The notes under the pieces: generated by a model | The model's database searches: none | What the model saw: only the letters and a program-made list of their open reading frames with translations | Told to the model about the DNA's origin: nothing | NCBI GenBank assembly: GCA_900319235.1 | Contig: ONNR01000002.1 | Coordinates: forward strand, 165,424-229,423 | DNA length: 64,000 nucleotides | Direction: 5' to 3' | Source of the DNA: an uncultured Prevotellaceae bacterium | Lineage (GTDB): Bacteria; Bacteroidota; Bacteroidia; Bacteroidales; UBA3663 | Shown here: piece after piece, positions 60,386 to 64,000 of the stretch | How positions within the stretch are numbered: the stretch's first letter is position 1 | How the letters are laid out: each line of letters starts with the position of its first letter | Translations under genes and position numbers: made by a program

Positions 60386-61021
60386 ATGAAAACTATCGAA
60401 CGTCTCGTAGCTGAAAAGCTCATGGCCATCAAGGCCGTCAAGTTGCAGCCCACTCAGCCCTTCACTTGGGCATCTGGTTGGCATTCACCCATCTATTGCG
60501 ACAACCGCAAGACCCTCGCCTTCCCCGACATCCGCACCATCATCAAGACTGGTCTCGTCAGCGCCGTGCAGCGCATCTATGGTGACAAGGTCGATGCCAT
60601 CGCAGGTGTGGCCACTGGAGCCATCGCACAGGGTGCCCTCGTCGCCGATGCCCTCGGCGTACCTTTCGTCTATGTGCGTTCTGCTCCCAAGGACCATGGT
60701 ATGGGTAACCTCATTGAGGGTCAGATTGAGGAGGGTTGGAACGTTGTTGTCATCGAAGACCTCATCTCCACCGGTGGCTCCAGCCTCAAGGCCGTCGCAG
60801 CACTTCGTCAGGCTAATGTCAACGTGCTGGGTATGGTGGCCATCTTCACCTATCAGTTCCCGCAGGCCCAGCAGGCATTCGAGGAGGCTGGTGTTGAGCT
60901 GACCACTCTTTCCAACTACACAGAGCTCGTCGCCGAAGCCGCCGAACAAGGCTACATCCAGCCCAGCGATATTGAAGTCCTCAAGCTCTGGCGCGCCAAT
61001 CCCAGCGAATGGGGCCGCTAA
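60386..61021 (+). CDS. pyrE: Orotate phosphoribosyltransferase
   Basis: FTWASG..SPIYCDNR, YVRS..KDHG, VVIEDLISTGGS. Confidence 0.96.
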   Translation: MKTIERLVAEKLMAIKAVKLQPTQPFTWASGWHSPIYCDNRKTLAFPDIRTIIKTGLVSAVQRIYGDKVDAIAGVATGAIAQGALVADALGVPFVYVRSAPKDHGMGNLIEGQIEEGWNVVVIEDLISTGGSSLKAVAALRQANVNVLGMVAIFTYQFPQAQQAFEEAGVELTTLSNYTELVAEAAEQGYIQPSDIEVLKLWRANPSEWGR

Positions 61022-61128
61022 CCAGCCTTGCTTCACCCGGGTCCAGTGCCCTTGTCAGCCACGTGTTTTTGTCAGCAGCCAAGCTAGGCTGCTTCCTAAC
61101 CCCATAATAACCCCCATTCCTCATCCCT

Positions 61129-61590
61129 ATGTCCAAATATCAAAGCGAGGTAAAGATCATCCCCGCATCACAATACCAGGTTTGGAATCGCATCAGTGAC
61201 TTGTCGCAATTCCAGACCATGAAGGACAACATGTCCCCCGAAATGAAAGAAGCCCTCAAGGCAAAGATTGCCGAGCAGGGCGGCGGTAAGATTACCCTGA
61301 GCGACTTGTCGTTCACGCGCGACACTGCCCTCTTCAAGGTTAATGGTATGCAGATCGGCCTCGGTGTCGTCGATCGTGAGGAACCCATGAAGTGCGTCAA
61401 GTTCCAGGCCGACCAGAGCCCCGTTGACGTTACTCTCTGGATTCAGCTCCTCCCCAAGTCTCCCTACGAGACACGTTGCCGCGTCACCGTTGATGTCGAT
61501 ATCCCCTTCTTCCTCAAGCCGATGGTTGGCAAGAAGCTCGATGGCGTCGCCGACCAGCTTGCCGAGATGCTCACCAAGATTCCCTATTAA
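61129..61590 (+). CDS. SRPBCC / START-like protein
   Basis: S.VK.I.ASQ..V...ISDL, LWIQLLP, KPMV.K.L; typical position between pyrE and argH. Confidence 0.75.
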   Translation: MSKYQSEVKIIPASQYQVWNRISDLSQFQTMKDNMSPEMKEALKAKIAEQGGGKITLSDLSFTRDTALFKVNGMQIGLGVVDREEPMKCVKFQADQSPVDVTLWIQLLPKSPYETRCRVTVDVDIPFFLKPMVGKKLDGVADQLAEMLTKIPY

Positions 61591-61602
61591 TTGAACCTTC
61601 GA

Positions 61603-62934
61603 ATGAAACTTTGGGAAAAATCCGTCCAGGTCGATAAGGATATCGAACGCTATACCATCGGTCGCGACCGCGAGATGGACCTCTATCTCGCCCCCTACGA
61701 CGTGCTTGGTTCTATGGCGCATATCATCATGCTCGAAAGCATCGGCTTGCTCACCCGCGATGAACTTGACATCTTGCTTCGTGAGATGAAGCAGATCTAT
61801 CGCGATGCCCTCGAAGGTCGTTTCGTCATCGAAGAAGGCATCGAGGACGTCCATAGTCAGGTGGAACTTATCCTCACGCGCCGTTTGGGCGACATCGGCA
61901 AGAAGATCCATTCGGGCCGAAGTCGCAACGACCAGGTGCTCATCGACCTCAAGCTCTACATGCGTCACGAGATCGAGGCAATCGTCAAGGCCGTCCGTCA
62001 GTTGTTCGATATGCTGCAGACGCAGTCTGAACGCTATCGCAACGTCCTTATGCCGGGATATACCCACCTGCAGGTGGCCATGCCCTCTAGTTTCGGCTTG
62101 TGGTTCGGTGCCTATGCCGAGAGCCTCGTCGATGACCTGCAGGTGCTGCAGGGCGCCTATCGTGTAGTCAACCGCAACCCTCTTGGGTCGGCTGCCGGCT
62201 ATGGTTCGAGTTTCCCGCTGCGTCGCCAGATGACAACTGACCTGCTGGGCTTCGACTCGATGGCCTACAACGTCGTCTATGCGCAGATGGGACGCGGCAA
62301 GACTGAACGCATAGTCGCCCAGGCCTTGGGCGGCATTGCCGGCACCATTGCCAAACTTGCCTTCGATGCTTGCATGTTCTCGAGCCAGAACTTCGGCTTC
62401 ATCAAGCTGCACGATGCCTTCACCACCGGCTCGTCCATCATGCCCCACAAGAAGAACCCCGATGTCTTCGAACTCACGCGCGCCAAGTGTAACAAACTGC
62501 AGGGTGTGCCCGAGCAGATTATGATGATCACTAACAATCTCCCCTCGGGTTACTTCCGCGATCTGCAGATCATCAAGGAGGTCTTCCTCCCAACTTTCGA
62601 CGAACTGAAGGACATCCTGCGCATGGTGACGCTCATGATGGAGCACATCACTGTCAACGAGCACATTCTCGACGATCCGCGCTACGACCTGATGTTCTCG
62701 GTCGAAGAGGTCAATCGTCTTGCCTCCGAAGGTATGCCGTTCCGCGATGCCTACAAGAAGGTGGGACTCGACATCGAAGCCGGACGTTTCACCCCCGTCA
62801 AGGAGGTGCATCACACCCACGAGGGTTCCATCGGCAATCTCTGCACGGCCGAGATTCGTGCGCTGATGGATCGTGTGCTCGAAGGCTTTAATTTCCAAAA
62901 GGCCCATGATGCCATCGCTGCACTGGTCGGGTAG
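61603..62934 (+). CDS. argH: Argininosuccinate lyase
   Basis: EDVH, HSGRSRNDQV, MPGYTHLQ.A, GSSIMPHKKNPD. Confidence 0.97.
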   Translation: MKLWEKSVQVDKDIERYTIGRDREMDLYLAPYDVLGSMAHIIMLESIGLLTRDELDILLREMKQIYRDALEGRFVIEEGIEDVHSQVELILTRRLGDIGKKIHSGRSRNDQVLIDLKLYMRHEIEAIVKAVRQLFDMLQTQSERYRNVLMPGYTHLQVAMPSSFGLWFGAYAESLVDDLQVLQGAYRVVNRNPLGSAAGYGSSFPLRRQMTTDLLGFDSMAYNVVYAQMGRGKTERIVAQALGGIAGTIAKLAFDACMFSSQNFGFIKLHDAFTTGSSIMPHKKNPDVFELTRAKCNKLQGVPEQIMMITNNLPSGYFRDLQIIKEVFLPTFDELKDILRMVTLMMEHITVNEHILDDPRYDLMFSVEEVNRLASEGMPFRDAYKKVGLDIEAGRFTPVKEVHHTHEGSIGNLCTAEIRALMDRVLEGFNFQKAHDAIAALVG

Positions 62935-62935
62935 G

Positions 62936-63457
62936 ATGCCTTTCGTCCGCGGGTTGTCGTCGCAGCATGGAGTAGTCTTAGGCGGCTTGTCGGCATTCCT
63001 CTTCGCTGCCTGTGTCGGCGTGGAGGCTGTCGAGTCGCCCGTTCCTGCCTACAACGTGCACTACAGTTGCAACATTAGCACCATCAACGCTGCCCTCCAG
63101 CAGAACGACCTCCCCAACCTCGACAGCCAGCCCGGCGTCGTCCTGGTCAACAAGTACCAGAACGTTTCTGACAACATCGGTGTCTGCGGCCTGTTGCTCT
63201 ATCACGCTGCCACCGAAGACGTGTTCTACGCCTTCGACCTCGCTTGTCCCTACTGCTATCGTCGTGGCGCTGTGTCGGCCATCGGCATGAAGGATCCTTT
63301 CGTAGCCCGTTGTCCAGGCTGCGAGTCGGAATTCGGCGCCGTCCAGTACGGCTCGCCTGCACCCACTGCCGGTCCTGCCAATGCCGAAAACTACCACCTT
63401 CGTCAGTATCGTGCTCGTCTCACCACCTACACAACCCTCGTCGTCACCCGCAAATGA
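62936..63457 (+). CDS. Hypothetical lipoprotein with Rieske-like Cys pattern
   Basis: Lipobox FAAC, YAFDLACPYC, ARCPGCES.F, LRQY. Confidence 0.65.
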   Translation: MPFVRGLSSQHGVVLGGLSAFLFAACVGVEAVESPVPAYNVHYSCNISTINAALQQNDLPNLDSQPGVVLVNKYQNVSDNIGVCGLLLYHAATEDVFYAFDLACPYCYRRGAVSAIGMKDPFVARCPGCESEFGAVQYGSPAPTAGPANAENYHLRQYRARLTTYTTLVVTRK

Positions 63458-63513
63458 CGTGCGTTCCCTTTGTCTTTTCTGCAGCCAAGCTTGGCTGCGA
63501 CTATTGAACACCT

Positions 63514-64000
63514 ATGCGCTCCCTCCTCATAGTTATCCTCTTCCTCGCTTTGGCCACTATCGCCTCGTGCAGCGACGACATCCTCACCGATGCCGGCGCA
63601 CAGCCGTCGTATGTGCTCAACGACAGCGACTGCTACAACCTTGGCGTACTGCTTACGGGGCACAACACGGCTACGCAGAAACTGATGCTCTACAATCGTC
63701 AGAAGGGAGAACTCTCTCTCTCAAGCATCTGCCTGCGCGGAGGCGACAGCAGCATCTTCCGCATCAATGTCGATGGGATGGCAGGCACTGACTTCATCAA
63801 TCCCGACTTCCTGCACATCGCCCAAGGCGATTCGCTCTACATCCTTGTCGAAGCCACATTCGCGGGAAGACAGGACGAGCGTGACGTCGTTCGTGAGGAC
63901 TTTCTCGACATCGTATGCAATGGTCGGACGCAAAGCATACGTCTCGTTGTCACCACGCGCGACGTAGAGGAACTGCTGAACGACACCATCCGTCGCGACA
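63514..64000 (+). CDS. Hypothetical lipoprotein, 3' truncated by window edge (absent from ORF track)
   Basis: Open frame MRSLLIVILFLALATIASCSDD..FRINVDG..DSLYILVEAT running to the window end. Confidence 0.8.
   Translation, partial: MRSLLIVILFLALATIASCSDDILTDAGAQPSYVLNDSDCYNLGVLLTGHNTATQKLMLYNRQKGELSLSSICLRGGDSSIFRINVDGMAGTDFINPDFLHIAQGDSLYILVEATFAGRQDERDVVREDFLDIVCNGRTQSIRLVVTTRDVEELLNDTIRRD

Noticed and set aside
61168-62907. 579-aa antisense ORF, and similar shadow ORFs such as 12621-13928 and 31309-32343
   Set aside because: They mirror well-supported genes on the opposite strand and have no recognisable motifs.

Overview
Chromosomal window from a Bacteroidales bacterium, probably Prevotella-like (inferred from SusC/SusD pairs, a hybrid two-component regulator, TAnnTTTG promoters, PorG-like and T9SS-tail proteins). 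Left to right: the end of a PUL (susD, esterase, HTCS), rmuC, a block of accessory exported proteins, an ECF-sigma/anti-sigma GH29 fucosidase PUL, a 10 x 42-bp palindromic tandem array, ald, a PafA-type phosphatase, GH43, a second susC/susD pair, a small accessory cluster (AAA_21 ATPase, primary-sigma paralog, double NADAR-like fusion), a MacAB-type ABC exporter, the uppS-bamA-ompH x3 cluster and the prmC-recX-comF-pyrE-argH cluster. No rRNA, tRNA, CRISPR array, integrase or transposase was seen. The strongest unexplained signal is an AT-rich, in-frame insertion in prmC that carries four DnaA-box-like 9-mers. It lies where gene orientation diverges and strand composition appears to flip, so it is a candidate intragenic oriC or DnaA-binding locus. 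Also notable are two promoter-to-terminator units with no normal gene (candidate sRNA; candidate leader-peptide attenuator), the 42-bp array flanked by a 10-bp direct repeat, and the toxin-less NADAR fusion. All family assignments come from motif recognition by eye; no searches were run.
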